From contig OZ199838.1 of NCBI GenBank assembly GCA_964304625.1, positions 6,309,531-6,373,530 on the forward strand: DNA of 64,000 bases. The letters are read 5' to 3'. This stretch comes from Kudoa neothunni (taxonomy: Eukaryota > Animalia > Cnidaria). Positions 15,177 through 29,210 of the stretch are shown piece by piece (the first letter of the stretch is position 1; each line of letters starts with the position of its first letter). The notes beneath the pieces were generated by a model. That model did no database searches. It was not told the DNA's origin and saw only the letters and a program-made list of their open reading frames with translations. Position numbers and translations under genes: made by a program.

Positions 15177-17887
15177 CTATAATTGTTCAGGGAGAGCCGA
15201 GTGGCTGGCTGCAGAGACTGCAGCCAAAGGCTCGATCATCACATTGATACTTTGAAGATATTCAATGTAAGGCTTCCACGCAGATGACTAAACCAAACGA
15301 GGATCATTAATTAAAATTAAATGGAGTAAATTCTCCAAAATATACATAATACAACATCCGAGGGTTTGCCACAATGAACACACCATATCTATTAGACCAA
15401 CTTTTATTATTTCTCACCAAAACAAACAATGGTTACTTGGCGCGAGTTATAGCTACGTTCAATTGTTTGACATCATTGACAAAACCAATATTCTAAGAGT
15501 GAAATAACAATCAACAAAACTCTCACATTACAATACAATACATAGTCTTGGTTTGATCGAACACATGATATAATTATATAATCTTTCTCTCTTCCTTGAA
15601 ATCCATTCACATTATAAACCTCCAATTCCTACAATAAAAACACGTCGGTACTGAGAATTCGATATTACCAACAATTGTTCGCTACCTTTAGAATACTTCT
15701 AAAATGGTCGTTTTTGTTGTGTATGTGTTTAATGATACAATCTCTTTGAGAGTTGTAAGGAGTAATAATTCCAATATTTGAAGCAGAAATTCCTTTGCTC
15801 AAAAGTGTTTCGAGAATGACTAACAACTTTTCAACTTCCTCCCTTACAAAAAATCCATCAACTGAAAACAACTACACACACTTACAGATTGTAGTACGAC
15901 GTCGAATGAGGCGGAAGACTCTCTTGACCATACACCGAATAGAACGCGATTGGATAGTTTTTGTTGGGCCAATCGATGAGACTGGTTTCAAATTGGGTTT
16001 TGAAATGAGAACGTAACGTAGGATTAAGTCTGAGTTTATTTTTGTAAAATTGTTTGGAAACATATTCAGTTAGAGCTGAATGCATTCGAAATTGCTCTTC
16101 GAGCAAAATAGAGGGGAACTTTGTGTTCAGTAGACGCTCAAATAATGACACTTGAAGAATTCTGTCCGATGTTTATTATAGTAGAATGTAAATTTAAATT
16201 ATACAAGAGTTACTTTTTCATGTCCGTCACGCGTAAAATAGGACCAAGCTGGTTTTCATCGCCAACTAATACTATCTATATATGGAATGATTCCAAATTT
16301 TTAGCTTTACTAGAAATACTTTATTTCTAGTCAGCACCAATGGAATAACAGCTTCCAACTCAATCATCTGAGCCGCTTCGTCAATAATAACACAGTCAAA
16401 TTCCATAGAACTTAGTATGCGAGTGCTGGCCATTGCACAAGTACAACATATCACGTCAGCATTCTAACCGATTTAAAATACGCAGTAACTAAAGCATTTT
16501 TACGCAGAAATCATCAACTTGTGAGCTGTCATTGCTATAGACGATGGAATCGTCAGTGGTGTCAATTTTGGAAAAAAAATGCTCACGACCACCAATATAT
16601 TTAAAAGTTTTCAAGGTAGCCACTGACTTATGTTTCTCGTCAGGTTGGTCAGTAATTTTGCCTACGTACGATTTTGAATACAATTGAAAAATCTATTTAT
16701 ATCAACATCATTAGACCAAAGGTCAACTGGGAGAAAGATGTAATACTTTCAAAGGATAACGGCTGATTTTTGATACGAGAACTTTGTTCGCAATGTTACT
16801 TGACGAACACAACAGCACCTTATAGTTGAATAGGTTCACCAAATGCCAAACAATACTGGCAATCGTTGTCGATTTCCCCGTTCCTGGAGGTCCCTATTTG
16901 TGATCAAATTCTCCGTCTCACATTCTTATTTTTCACAGGAGTAAATATACTTTGATTATTGTAATTTTTTGATTTAATACTGACTGTAATGCGTTAAATT
17001 GCGATTCGCTCATATCAGGAGGTTTATCAATGTTATATCTACAGGTGATCCATCATATACAAATATAAATACATATTTTTTGATATATATGAAGAAAAAG
17101 CTACTCCATTTTGTTAATATTTTGACGGTATTTGTTAATATTTTCAGGATTTAATGTAAGTGTAGCGTCAGCTTTAATCATTTCAATCGCATTTAACGAA
17201 TCTTTCCCCCAAAATACACCAGCATAAAACTGCACATAATGAGCCTTAAGTTTCTGCTGGCCGATATCAACACCTTTAACTGCAGTGCATTTGACCACAA
17301 AATGACCATCATCACTCCAATCAAAACTTTCTACTGAAGCTATACACCTCAAGGTACGATCCAAAAATTGCAACTTAGATTTTTCCAAGTTAAACGAATC
17401 ATAAAACATATGTTCGCCCTCATCAATTACTGCTTCGTAATTGTTGCCATAACTCTGAACCAATGTTAGGGGTTTGATACTGTACATCTATACGGATGTA
17501 TTATACTAATTTGTTAAATTGAAACTCGTCATAATTAATTTACTTCTTGGCTTGAACTTTCCGCCACACGTAAATATCTATTAAGCACATTTTTCCAATA
17601 GTTATTGTATTGATGACGGTTTTCAAAGCTAAATATCAAATAAAAAATTGATGTGAAGTGAACAAATAACTTTATTTGTGGCATTGTAAATGAGGGGATT
17701 ATATGCCTGACCTTTTCATGGGATGTTATAGTTGAACAAAGTCGTATTTTGACTATGCTGCACTCAATAGGCTGCTTGAAATAACATCTATGAGTCGAAA
17801 AATTTGTGAGGTTTTCTTTTTTAGTACAAGATTTTACGTTTTGACAGTAGAAAGGTATCCGATTCTTCGGACACTCATAAATCCCAT
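15177..17887 (-). CDS. UPF1-like superfamily 1 helicase, multi-exon, lacking the CH zinc domain and SQ tail
   Basis: Motifs GPPGTGKSTTIASIVWHL, IIDEAAQ, GDENQLGP, SLFERL, QFRMHSAL, DWPNKNYPIAFYSVYGQE..STSYYN, IGIITPYNSQR, FQGREKDYIIISCVRSN, LNVAITRAK. Start ATG 17887 is joined through intron 17788-17837; stop TAG at 15177-15179. Confidence 0.85.
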
Positions 17888-18419
17888 TCAAGTGTATTTT
17901 AGAATGCGCGCGTTTAAATAGTATGAGGTTATGTAAAATTAATATTTTTGAAATTTTTTATATATTTAAGAGATATTTTTCTTTTGTTGGTAAGTGACAA
18001 TTTAGAAATTTAATTGCCCTTCTTTGCTTCTCTGTGCACGCAGGCGCACATATTAGGAGGTTACAGTAAGTAACCGCTTTTTCGCATTTTCTATAAATAA
18101 AAAATAACTTAAAAATATTGCAGGAAAAGTATATATATTTATTTAAGGCTATTTTGTGAATTAAATGAATCAGAATTAAATGAATCAGAATTAAAATAAG
18201 ATAGAAAGTATATATGGTAAAATTACGTGATTAATCATTTTTTTGCATTTGTAGGTGGGAATTGTCTGTTAGTTGATGCTTTTTTTTAAGTGGCTTTCAA
18301 AATTGAACTAAAAAATGGATAAAATAATTGATATAAAAATTTGATGTAATATAATAGTCTTCCACTATGAGGAGCCAAAACTACTATTCTATTATACTGC
18401 AATTTAATATGCTATAAAT

Positions 18420-20747
18420 CAGGAGTTGAGAACCCAGTCGGGCTGCCGGGCCGGATATTTATATTAAACTAGAAGACAGGCCAGAATAGAAATAAATCCC
18501 CAGATGTAATGAATTTTTCATATTACAATTAAAAGTTGACTCAATAAATTAATATTGTGATATTTATAAGGATACATTCTTATTGTAGTGCGAGAAAAGT
18601 ATAACTAAAGTTCGACATTTTCATAAGGATATTTCTAGTTTTATACAATTTTTTATTTCATTATTTATCTGATTTTATTGATATTTAATTTAATATTGCA
18701 TATACGTAGATAATGATTCGAAATCGTAAAGAACAATAGTTAAACATTTCTATTCGTCACAATAAGGCTAGTATCGTACGATCAATAAAAATACCTACGG
18801 AATTTGCTTGGGGAATATTTTGATCTTTATTTTTTTACATACTTGTAATTAGAAAAAAAGGGATAATATTTAACTAACTTCGTTTACATTTCCATTAACC
18901 CTCTAATGTACTAAAGTCGACTGCACTCCGATTAATTTTGGGGTAAAAATTACCCGGATTTTTATTTCTCTATTCAAACCATAAAAATATTTGATTTCAG
19001 CAAGTAAAATTAGACAAAATCCCGCGGCTAAATTCAGCTATAAAACAACTAACATCCGAGTAGTAATCCTCATAATCCTACGAAAATTGTATTCGTTAAA
19101 ATCCGCAATGACAATTTTGGATTAAAGCTTAATGTTTGATTAGGTTTCAAATTTATAGCATGTAATAAATATTTTAATTATTATTTTGGCAACGAAATAG
19201 AACTTTAATAAGAACAATATTCGCAAACACTCAGAATGAATTTTGCAACAGTTTCACACATCTAAGACAAGCAGTAGTGGGTTTCTTATCAATTTGCCGT
19301 AAAAAATATTCAAACCTTGAAAATATTTCTACATTTTTTGGTTAAAATCGAAATAACTTGTCGACTATTTTTCGTTTTATTGTGGCAGAAAAAGAAGCCA
19401 AATTGACAATTATATAGCCGAATAAACAGATTTAAATGAGGAATTGACCCAAAAATATATCAAAATTTGTTAACGTCGATCAACGAGAAATTCCACAGCA
19501 GGAGTTGTTGATACTTTCACTCTATAGAAATGATAAAATGATAGGTCTTGGATTTTAGAGAATAAAAAAATCAAAATATTCCATACTGTCTAGATAGACT
19601 AAGATTTGGTGCGTACACCGCTATCGCTTTTAGCCGTGAAAAGATATTTCTCAAAATTATAGTATTTCCTCAAAAGTTTCAAAGTGAATCTATCGTTTGA
19701 ACTAATGAGAATGCTTTAAATATTATATTCCAAAGGAAAATTTTACAAAAAATTATATTTATGTTTATTTCATTGGCATTGAGCTTGATAATAAAGTTTT
19801 ATAATGCGCATTTGTTTTGAAAATAGACGTCGAATTTTTTAAAAATACTCGTTGAAAATTACAGCTTCTAGTTATAACAGAATAGATAAGGTCGAGCTCT
19901 TAGGATTTTTGGCTTCACGGATGTTTCTTTCCATTAATGGAAAGATATAACTTTGCCATATTTTAAAAAACTTTCTCCTAACCATATTATATCCCATATT
20001 TTTTTGTATATGGAAAACGCATTTATAAATAATAAATATATTAAATAGGGAAACAACACCACTGGCCGTCATTATTGATTTTTGGATTGACTCGAATTCT
20101 CAGTTTTCAATATCGTAAGATTCCTCCGATATATGGAGCTTAAAATATTCGTAATCATTTTGAAAAGGATTTGACTAATCGTTATAACTACTATCGACCA
20201 AATCCATTTCTATTACCACTACGAAAAAATCAAGTGGATATCCACGTGACATTTCGTAGTAGTAGTAGCAGCCACATGACTTCAAATTTATCCATCCGAT
20301 AAGCCTAAAATTTGGTTTATGTAATAATTATTATTTTATCTATCCAATTATGTAAAAAAACCAGAGGTAATTTGTTACCCCAAAAATTCATTGGAGCGTA
20401 ACCTTGTTATAGTTTCTCTGATTTTATATTTTTAGTCAAAATATTTTAAAATCATATATTACCCACATTTTTGAAAGATTAGAATAAAATTCGTATCCTA
20501 TGAAGAGCAAACAAAACACATGTACAACCAATAACTTCTCGTTGAGGTAAAAATTTACCTCAAATTCATTGGAATGTTAAACTTCTTTACATGATGAAAA
20601 CATCGATTATAAAAATTGGTAAAATTATACAAGTATTATCTTCTCAAAAAAAAAACAATTTAAATTTATCATTTATCTCTTCGCGGGAAGGATGAGGAAA
20701 GCTCCTCGGCCAAATTTGGTCTGGGGGTTGGTCGTTGCCGACCCTTG
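18420..20747. mobile_element. Old non-autonomous hAT (Charlie/Buster-like) element hosting a piggyBac
   Basis: Ends CAGGAGTTGAGAAC...GCCGGGCCGGAT and GTTGCCGACCCTTG resemble CAGGGGTCGGCAAC TIRs. Degenerate 8-bp flanks CTATAAAT / TTTTAGAT both have a central TA. Confidence 0.55.
18899..20576. mobile_element. Degenerate piggyBac-like element
   Basis: TTAA flanks (18895-18898, 20577-20580). Decayed termini CCCTCTAATG / CATTGGAATG. G(G/A)GGTAA...TTACC palindromes at ~18940, ~20364 and ~20544. Confidence 0.65.
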
Positions 20748-22490
20748 TTTTAGATCAATTATTTCACGACTTAGTAGTTTTTAAATATTAACTAGGCAAG
20801 CTAACAAAAATAAATAGATTTTTTGAAATATATAATTCAAATAAATATTTATATTCGAGTAAAAATATTAAATTACTACTTTATGCGAGAATTTAGGTAA
20901 AATTTCCGCCCATTATTTCGAGTAACCTCGGTCAAAAAATTGTTGGCTAATTTTCACCATACCAATTGCCACTGAATATCCCTAAAGTCCGTGAAATCAT
21001 TTTTTGAAGACTATTATAAAATTTATTTATAACTTAACTGACTGATGTTTCCTTCATTTTTTTTAATTTTTCGCATTATTTATAAAGTAGTAATAATGTA
21101 AATAGCAGTAAATTTTTCATCCAAAAATTTTTGGGATGCTCGTTATCCTTTGCACCCTGAAGTTAGCTTATAAAAGGTTTACGTCTTGTATTCGATACGC
21201 TCATAATTGTATGCTAGTTTTTTAAATTGAATTAATTTTAAATAATAATAACATTAAATCATTAAACTTTAAAATATGTATAATAGAAAATGTCATTTTA
21301 CATTCTTAAATACATCATTGTTAGTTTTGTTACAAAATTACCTTTGAGGTAAATGCTTATTGCAGTGCTTATTGTTTGTACAAAAACCTGTTTACAATAA
21401 ATATTAAAATAATCATCATTTTTTAATTATTTAATAGACCAATACATCCTCTGATAAAATTAAGGATAGGCTTGTGGTTTTCAAAACCAGCCAAACTCAT
21501 TTATTATAATATCGTTTTTGAATTTGCGTTGATCTTAAAAGTTTCAAAGACAATTATCAACATGTCAACTTCACCAATTGATTAATCGTAGTATAAAAAA
21601 TCGGTTGTTGCGCTCTCCGTTCTTTATAAAAATTTTTAGATAGTATTGGTTTATCAACAAATACTTTATTTTCATAATTATTATATCAATTAGTTGTAAA
21701 GTAAAATAATATAAAAAATAATATTTTGATGTTATTATCTCTTGTACACATTTTTACTTCTTCATAAAATATTAATTAAATTAGATTAATAGACAAAAAT
21801 ATATTTTTGATTAAGAGGTCTGCAACTTATCCATTATTATTAATTTTACATAAAAATTAGTAAAAAATAGATTTTTACTATAATTATATTGATTTAACAC
21901 ACTAAATGAAAATGTGAATTAAATTAGTCAATCAACCAAGATATAATCTATATTTATCTGTAGCAAATTAAAGTCGATAATAATAACAAGAATAATTGGG
22001 ATTAGTTCCCCAAAATATTGATTATATTTAAGATTGTATAGTATGCGAAATAGCGATATGAACCGAGTAATTATATAACTGTATGGAAATATTAGGATAA
22101 ATTTAATTTATTGTAGAACAATTAAACAATATTCAACATTATATTTATTTGAATTTTTCAAATTCTGTTATAAATATTTTATGGTTCAAATTTTTTAACC
22201 TAGGAAATGTATTATTTGTTAATTACCTTAAGTTGATTCCTTGGGACTTGAAAAAATATGCATTAAAAAGTTACGTTATGCTTAACATAACGATTTATAA
22301 ACACTAATATTTTCTACAAATATCATGTTTTTATTTACTATAAGAATTGCACAAATTTATTAAGCCTACACATGCGCGGAATTACGTACATGGCTTTACT
22401 GCGTTCGTGTGAGATTATAGGTACACCCTAATTACCCACAGTCACCTACATTCTAAGTAGGTCGCTTTAAGCTTCAAGATCGCGCTAGAT

Positions 22491-25400
22491 ATGAGCAATA
22501 TGCAGCATGCTAATGATGTGGTGATGCTTGAGGAAATGAAACAACGAGCTAATCAACTTTTCAATGAGAAACAATATTTAGAAGCAGCTCAGCTGTATAC
22601 CGATTGTATTAATGGTTGTGATTCCAGTTTGGATGGTCTCCTTGTGAGCGTGCTATATTCAAATCGAGCTGCATGCAATTTAAACCTCGATCGATTAGAG
22701 GAAGCTTGCAATGATTGTGACCTCGCAATCAAGTACAATTCCGACAACCAAAAAGCCATATACAGAAAATGTTTATCACTTAAAGCCATGGAGAGGTATG
22801 AGGCTGCATTTGTGTTGGCTGAGCAACTTCTGCAAAGCAAGCCAAAATCAGCTGTCTACATTGAATTGATGAAATCATTGACTTTGTTATTGTATCAAAC
22901 CAGGGAAAGGTTGTCGGATCCACTTCGCATCGCTGAAGAGTTGTGCGAAAAAATAGAAGCTCACCGCCAACCTCTGTCAACTCAGTAGGTGATATGTTCG
23001 AAGGTGAGAATTTTCAAAAATTGTACTCATTATGCAGTGACCGCAATATCCAAAAAATTGTGGTCAATAGCGGAGGAAGTTCTCAGCGTTTCGATTTGGT
23101 AGATAAATTGGTCCAGTGGCTTCAACCCAAGTACCATTCGACTAGTTTGGTGATATTGGCTTTGAACTGCTTGCAAAAAATTATCTCGAATTTTTCTGCT
23201 GGCGATCAAATGGAATTTGTCACTTTCTTGAGCAGATACATTTCGGTGGACTGTTGTAGGAAGTTGTTTGTGTATAGTGAGATATCACCTTCTCACGATA
23301 AATTATTTAATTCGATTCTTAATTTTGTTTCTCAAATAATTATCAAATTGACTGAATTCAAACACGAGAATAATGTGATAGACATGTTGTTTGATTACTT
23401 GGAGGTGTGGATGTTTGATGATTGTCTGGATAGATGTTATTTTGATGTTGAGAAAGTGAAACGTTTCTCATCATATACTGTCAACATTGTGAAGAGTTTT
23501 GATGGTAAAGTTGAACTGATAGAGCGAGCGTGTCGTTTAAAATATCATTTGAGATATCTCAAATTCTGCATTGATTTTACCGAAATTGCTGTTCTCCAAT
23601 CTACCAATGAAAATCAGCAAGTAAATTTGAAACAGAGTATACTGTTAGTACTAGAATCATGTGCGTTGTTAATGGCCACGTTCGAATCAACATTATTCAA
23701 ACATAAACCAATTGAGTCAAAATCTGAGTTTGTGGAGCAACTCAAAAATGAATTAACTGATGTGAACGGGTCGCCACTCAAAGTTATAGCTGGAAGGTTT
23801 ATTGTGGTTAAATCTATGCCAAAATTATATGAAGATTTTCTTATTGATGATGGGGCTCAACTTTTGGCCAGTATTCATAGTTATCTATTGGATAATAAAA
23901 CAATTGGCGATCAGCCTATGTTTGCAGTACCAATGCATCTGATTATTGATTGTTTGATTGTGGTGATCGGAATGAAACGATTGTTTCAGGCGATTATTAA
24001 ACTGCCATTATTCGACCAAGTCTACTCGCAACTCTCCCTTATATTTCAATCTAAGCGCTCCCTCGCCGATATGTTAAAATTGCGTATTTTAATAGTATTG
24101 GTAAAGTTGGACATTGCAAAATGGCAATATTCTGATCAAGGAGTCAACGTTGATCAACTCCGTAGTTATTACAATGATTTTGTAGAAGCCACTGATTTTT
24201 TGAATGACTTCTCGGGAAATGTTCAATCTGCAAACTGTCAGTCTATAGATTTTAATACTTTATCAGACAGTGTTGAGTTTATGGCTTATGTATCGTTACA
24301 GCCCGACTTGAAAGAAGTAATTGTACGCGATAAAAACACATTCCAAAAGCTGCTACTGATCACCAAAATATGTGCCTCCACACCACTCACCCCCAAAAGC
24401 GTTGATCATCGGAATCATTTTAGATTGGAATGTTGTTTTTTTGTTCTGAAAACACTTCAAAATCTCACCAATGCCACAATCGAGCATAAGCCCGATTCGA
24501 ATGAAGGGGAGATATCCAAGAAAGAAATGAAAAAATTAGCCAAATCTACTGGTAGTGCTCTTCCTCAGAAACACAAATTTGATAAAAAAACTTACAAAAC
24601 CGAACGTATCAGGTTGCTCTCATCTCAGCCACTTATATTCACCCTAATGTACAACATACATGAGTGCATGAAGTTGTTTGCCATTTGTACACCAACAACC
24701 AAGTAACTCATGGACTTAAATGTTTACATTCAATTATTATTGTCTAGTGTTGTGAGCACAAACCTTCAAACATCTTCTCCACTAACCAATTCTAGCGTTT
24801 ATCCAACGATGGCCAAATTATTACAAGTTTTGTTATGGAATCAAGATTGTCGAGGGGTTGCTATCCAATCTGGATGTGTACCGATTTTGTTATTTATCTG
24901 TACGAAGTATTTGCTCAACACTGGCGATATCAACAGTCGAGATAAACAACAACAACTTGCTCACCACACTGTTCTTTTTGCCGCAAACGCTCTAGCCCGA
25001 ATAGTTATAACCAACAATCCTGCATTTGTGTTCACTAATGATACAATGCATGAAGCTATACGTCCACTGTTGTATCTAACAAAAAATAGATGTGTAGATT
25101 TTTCGAATGACGGAGGACTTTGGTGCTACGAAGGTCTGCTTGCTTTGACCAATATTTTGTCTGTAAGTGATGCCACCCGAAAACATTTCTTCGCTATCGA
25201 TTACAGCTACCACACACTTGAAACTTTGATGTTTGATGAGAATGAAAAGATAGTCACCTCAGCTATCGAATGCGCTAGCAATTTGTTTGTATTTATTGTT
25301 TCGCTGCATACGTGTTAGTTAATTGCTTTTTAGATTTCCTCTGAAATTGTTTACAGTCACTTCATCCCTGGTGGAGATAATTGTGTAGAAGATGTACTAT

Positions 25401-25905
25401 TTATTTTGACGGTTGCAGTTCAATAAATTTTTGAACATAGAGAAAATCAGTGGAAGAAAGACTCCGTAAGTTTGTGGTATTTGCTGGAAATACTGATTCG
25501 TTAGCTATCTCCATGTGATATTTGTTTACTACTGTTTGTCGGTAATGAATTGTTGATAGTGCCTCAGCATCTGCTCTTATACATTTGTGCCAATATCGAG
25601 CTATTACGCTTTTTTACCTTGGATTGGATAATTTTTTCCCTCTAATCGATCTTCTTTTAAGCTCATCAAATGGTGATCTCATGTACAGATGTGCTGTACT
25701 AGTTTATGTGATACTGAATGTGATAACTGCTGATGAAGTGAAGAGTTTCAAAGTTACTGAAGCTCCCTTTTTTGAAATTTTATTGAAGTTAGAAGCGTTA
25801 AAAGATTCAATCAAATCAACCATACCAAACATCGATCCATTTTTGGACTATTTGGACAGAATTATGAATTATTGTCTTTCTAATAATCTTATTGAACTCC
25901 AATAA
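22491..25905 (+). CDS. UNC45: UNC-45 myosin chaperone (TPR + central + UCS/ARM domains), 6 exons
   Basis: N-terminal TPR triad (LYSNRAAC, KAIYRK). UCS motifs EMKKLAK..LPQKHKFD, RGVAIQSG, AANALARIVITNNP, EGLLALTNI. Introns 22985-23037, 24703-24747, 25289-25333, 25394-25440 and 25515-25559 join the separate ORFs in frame. Confidence 0.92.
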
Positions 25906-27459
25906 TCGGCAATTACACCCAAGTTTACATATTCGATACATCGTGTTTATAACATCTCTACGTTGGCTCTTATATTTGTTTTTATTTTCAGTGCCTAATT
26001 AAATAGAATGACGCTTATTTCTCGTTCAAGTGTAAATTTCGGCTTGTCAGGGAGTAAATTATTGAACTTCATAATTGAATGCATAAATATTATGTATTGT
26101 AAAATTCGTTTCAACAACGAGAAACTTTTTATCCAGTCCTGCGTAATTCGATACCTAATTATACAATACGTTTTAATATAATTTTATTTTTTAAAATTGT
26201 AAGGCAGAGTATTTTTTAGAAATGTACCTGTGTGATAACGGAAACAGAACGCCTACTTACCTACCATTTTTCAAGTTATGTTATGATAAATTATTTTAAT
26301 TAATTTTTATTCTTTCTTTATGTCTTTTATCATCTTGGCGCGTATGTTCTACATTACTTTTCTACAAAATGTTGCGCTACATTTTTGTCACCTTGGAATT
26401 CAGCGTAGAGAGAGGGGTGAATGGTGAGAAATATTTAGCTAAAGAGTTAAATGGCTCATATCCGGTTGAGAATTCTTGGATTATGTGGTTTGAGTCGTTC
26501 TTGTCATCTATCTATATTTTGATAGCATTTCCTTAGAAGACAATCCATTTTAATAAGTTTTCGTTAAAATTGAAATTCTTGCTTCATATTTCAATTATTT
26601 AAATGAAAATATGAATGTTGCTTTTATTGCACTCTCTTTGCGCCGCTGACATTAAAATGTATTTAGTTTTCGACGCTGTGCATTTTTTCAATATTATTTG
26701 ATATGCGGATTATTTTTAATCTTTTATTTGTAATTAAAAGCTTAATTCAAGTTAATGAAATGACTAACTTTTCAAAATTCCTATAAGCGAATCATCGTAA
26801 GTGTTTAGATAACCATTAATTTGCAACTATAAATTATTTACTTTAATTACATTGAGCGTAATTTTTAAAAATAGACCTGAAGGAAAAGAATTCATTTGTA
26901 TGCGTAACACAATTTGTTAAGAAAAATTTTCCTAGCATTTATAGTAGTTATATCACAAAATATTAGAATAAAACGAGTATATATCAAGTTTTCATAGCTA
27001 TTCTTGATTAAAAATTTAAAAACAAAGTATCTTGGAAAGAATTTTAATTTTTAAGTATGAATTTCTTTTAACCAATGAATTACCAGGTTCATTAAGAACC
27101 CCTCTATTTTAACATTCGACCAATACATATCAAAGAGTAAGTGACTACTGACATGAATCATAATGTTCTGGTATGTATAATTTTGACTGAATAACATTAT
27201 TTTTGGCCCCTATAAGGGGTAACCATGAGGAAAAAAATATTTGATACAGCAGATTCTACAAAATAAACTTTATATATAAACTGTAAATAGGAGTTGTCGG
27301 GATTAAAAATGGGCACTGTGCTATCATAGTTACCAGTTTTGATTAAAAATTTCCATGTCAATAGCAATAGCCATTGCCAATCAAAAAAACCCATGAGTCA
27401 CTCTCATCTAAGTTTGGAATTATGTGCTAATTCGGTGATATATTCTGTTTATAGTTATA

Positions 27460-28159
27460 CTAGTGCAAAAGCCCCGCTTCGCATGGGCTTCCTTGCCTGG
27501 CCACGTGGACTAAAGCCTTGAGTAGACCAAGGTCATTTGAAGTTCAAAGTAAATTCAGAGTATTTAGATAAATAGTACAAAGATTACCCAATTAACTGGT
27601 GATTTATTTAACTCATTGGAGGCATGAACCTTATTTAATATTTTTAAAAACGAATAAACACTACTGAGCGTTTGAATTTCCTATTTAAAGCTCCTAAAAT
27701 ATCGATTTTCTCCTTGTTGTTTGCAGTAATCTCTAAATCATACCATATGAAAAGGACTAATCTTGTTAAACATCAACAGATGAATTTCATATTAATGCTT
27801 GGATACATAACCTAATATTTCCTTCCTTATTTGAACTATTTCAATTACTAAATTACTTTCCAATAATTTTAAAGTAAAATAAACAATATGGTACATTTAA
27901 AATTAATTTTTTATAACCTTAATGAAATGACCTATATGTTTGCATAAATCCTGAAATCATACCACTCATATCACGTGAAAATGTTTTTAGTCATTTTGCA
28001 GGATGCAAACCTTTTACAATTTTTTATATATTTTTCTGTGTTAAAATAAAATTTTATCTTTCAATATATATGCTCAAATGGAGCGATATGTCTCTCTATC
28101 AAAAATGAAAAATGCGCACACACTGACACACGAATTACCGGTTTGCTCTATATATTAGA
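27460..28159 (-). mobile_element. Non-autonomous Helitron
   Basis: Minus strand starts A|TCTAATATATAG. It ends with hairpin AAGCCCATGC-GAA-GCGGGGCTT followed by CTAG|T. No TSD, as expected for a Helitron. Confidence 0.75.
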
Positions 28160-28479
28160 TTATTTTTATTCGCAATTTTAGAAGAACATACCCCCTAAAT
28201 ATTAGGGGAGTAGATAATGTTCTCGACACATTTAAAGACAAAAAATAACATTTATTTAAACCTCGTGATGGTATCATATTTAACGCCGATGTTTTTCACA
28301 ATGAATGAAATTAAAATAAAATTTCCCATTATCGAATATTTATTGTAAATTAAAATGAAAACCAAACAAACACACATCAGTAACAACAATGAACCATTTT
28401 CAATATCAAAAACAATACACTGAATTGTAGACTATGATTTTCAAAATTACAAAATTAATAACGGTTTGAAATTGGCAGA

Positions 28480-29210
28480 TCAAACAATTTGGCACTTCTT
28501 TTTCTTAGTCTTATCATTTACCACCGATTTGGCGGTGTTTTTATTTTTCTTTTGATATATGCTGCGTACAATAGTTTCAAAACATTTGTTTATGTTTTCA
28601 TTTTTCTTGGCGCTGGTTTCGATGTAAGGACAGCCCCATTTGTTGGCTAGATCTTGGCCCAGATCTGCAGAAACTTTTCGGTCAAGATCCGACTTATTGC
28701 CAACCAATATCATTGAGACAGTTTGACCTTCTTTGACACGAAGAACTTGTCCATGGAGATCGGCGAGTGCGTTAAAGCTGTCCATTTCGGTTAATGAAAA
28801 AACAAATATAAAACCTTCTCCATTTCTAAAATATTGATCCCTCATCGAAGCATAGTCTTCTTGGCCAGCTGTATCTAAAATATTGATGGTGTGAGAGATA
28901 CCATCGATGTCGATTTGTTTCCGATAACTATCAGCTTTGGTGGGTTCATAATCATCGACAAACTAAAACAAACAATCGCGAAAAATTAGCTAAAGATCCC
29001 CTCAAAAAAGGATATTAAAACTAGACTTTAAATTTTTCATTCCTACACACCCATCCATGTTATGTAGAGTTAACAAAACCCTACCATATGTCTACAATAA
29101 CAGAGCATACATACCTCGTCGTAAATATATAAAAGTGTGATAGCCGACTTTCCTACACCTCCGGGACCAACCATCAGAATTTTATGCTCGTCATCTTTTT
29201 CTTTGGACAT
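28480..29210 (-). CDS. RAL: Ral small GTPase (2 exons, intron 28963-29114)
   Basis: HKILMVGPGGVGKS, Ral-diagnostic effector loop YEPTKADSY, DTAGQEDY, NKSD, ETSAK, polybasic tail and CAAX box CQIV. Confidence 0.95.

Noticed and set aside
17535-17891. Cys/His-rich N-terminus in the ORF track as a degenerate UPF1 CH domain
   Set aside because: That ORF starts at TTG and reads through an intron. The ATG-initiated spliced model removes most of those cysteines.
18159-18195. 15-bp tandem duplication GAATTAAATGAATCA
   Set aside because: Simple local slippage repeat with no spacers; not an array.
22943-24750. Apparent programmed frameshift (22986) and stop readthrough (24704) in UNC-45
   Set aside because: Canonical GT-AG introns 22985-23037 (53 nt) and 24703-24747 (45 nt) remove both stops and restore the frame.
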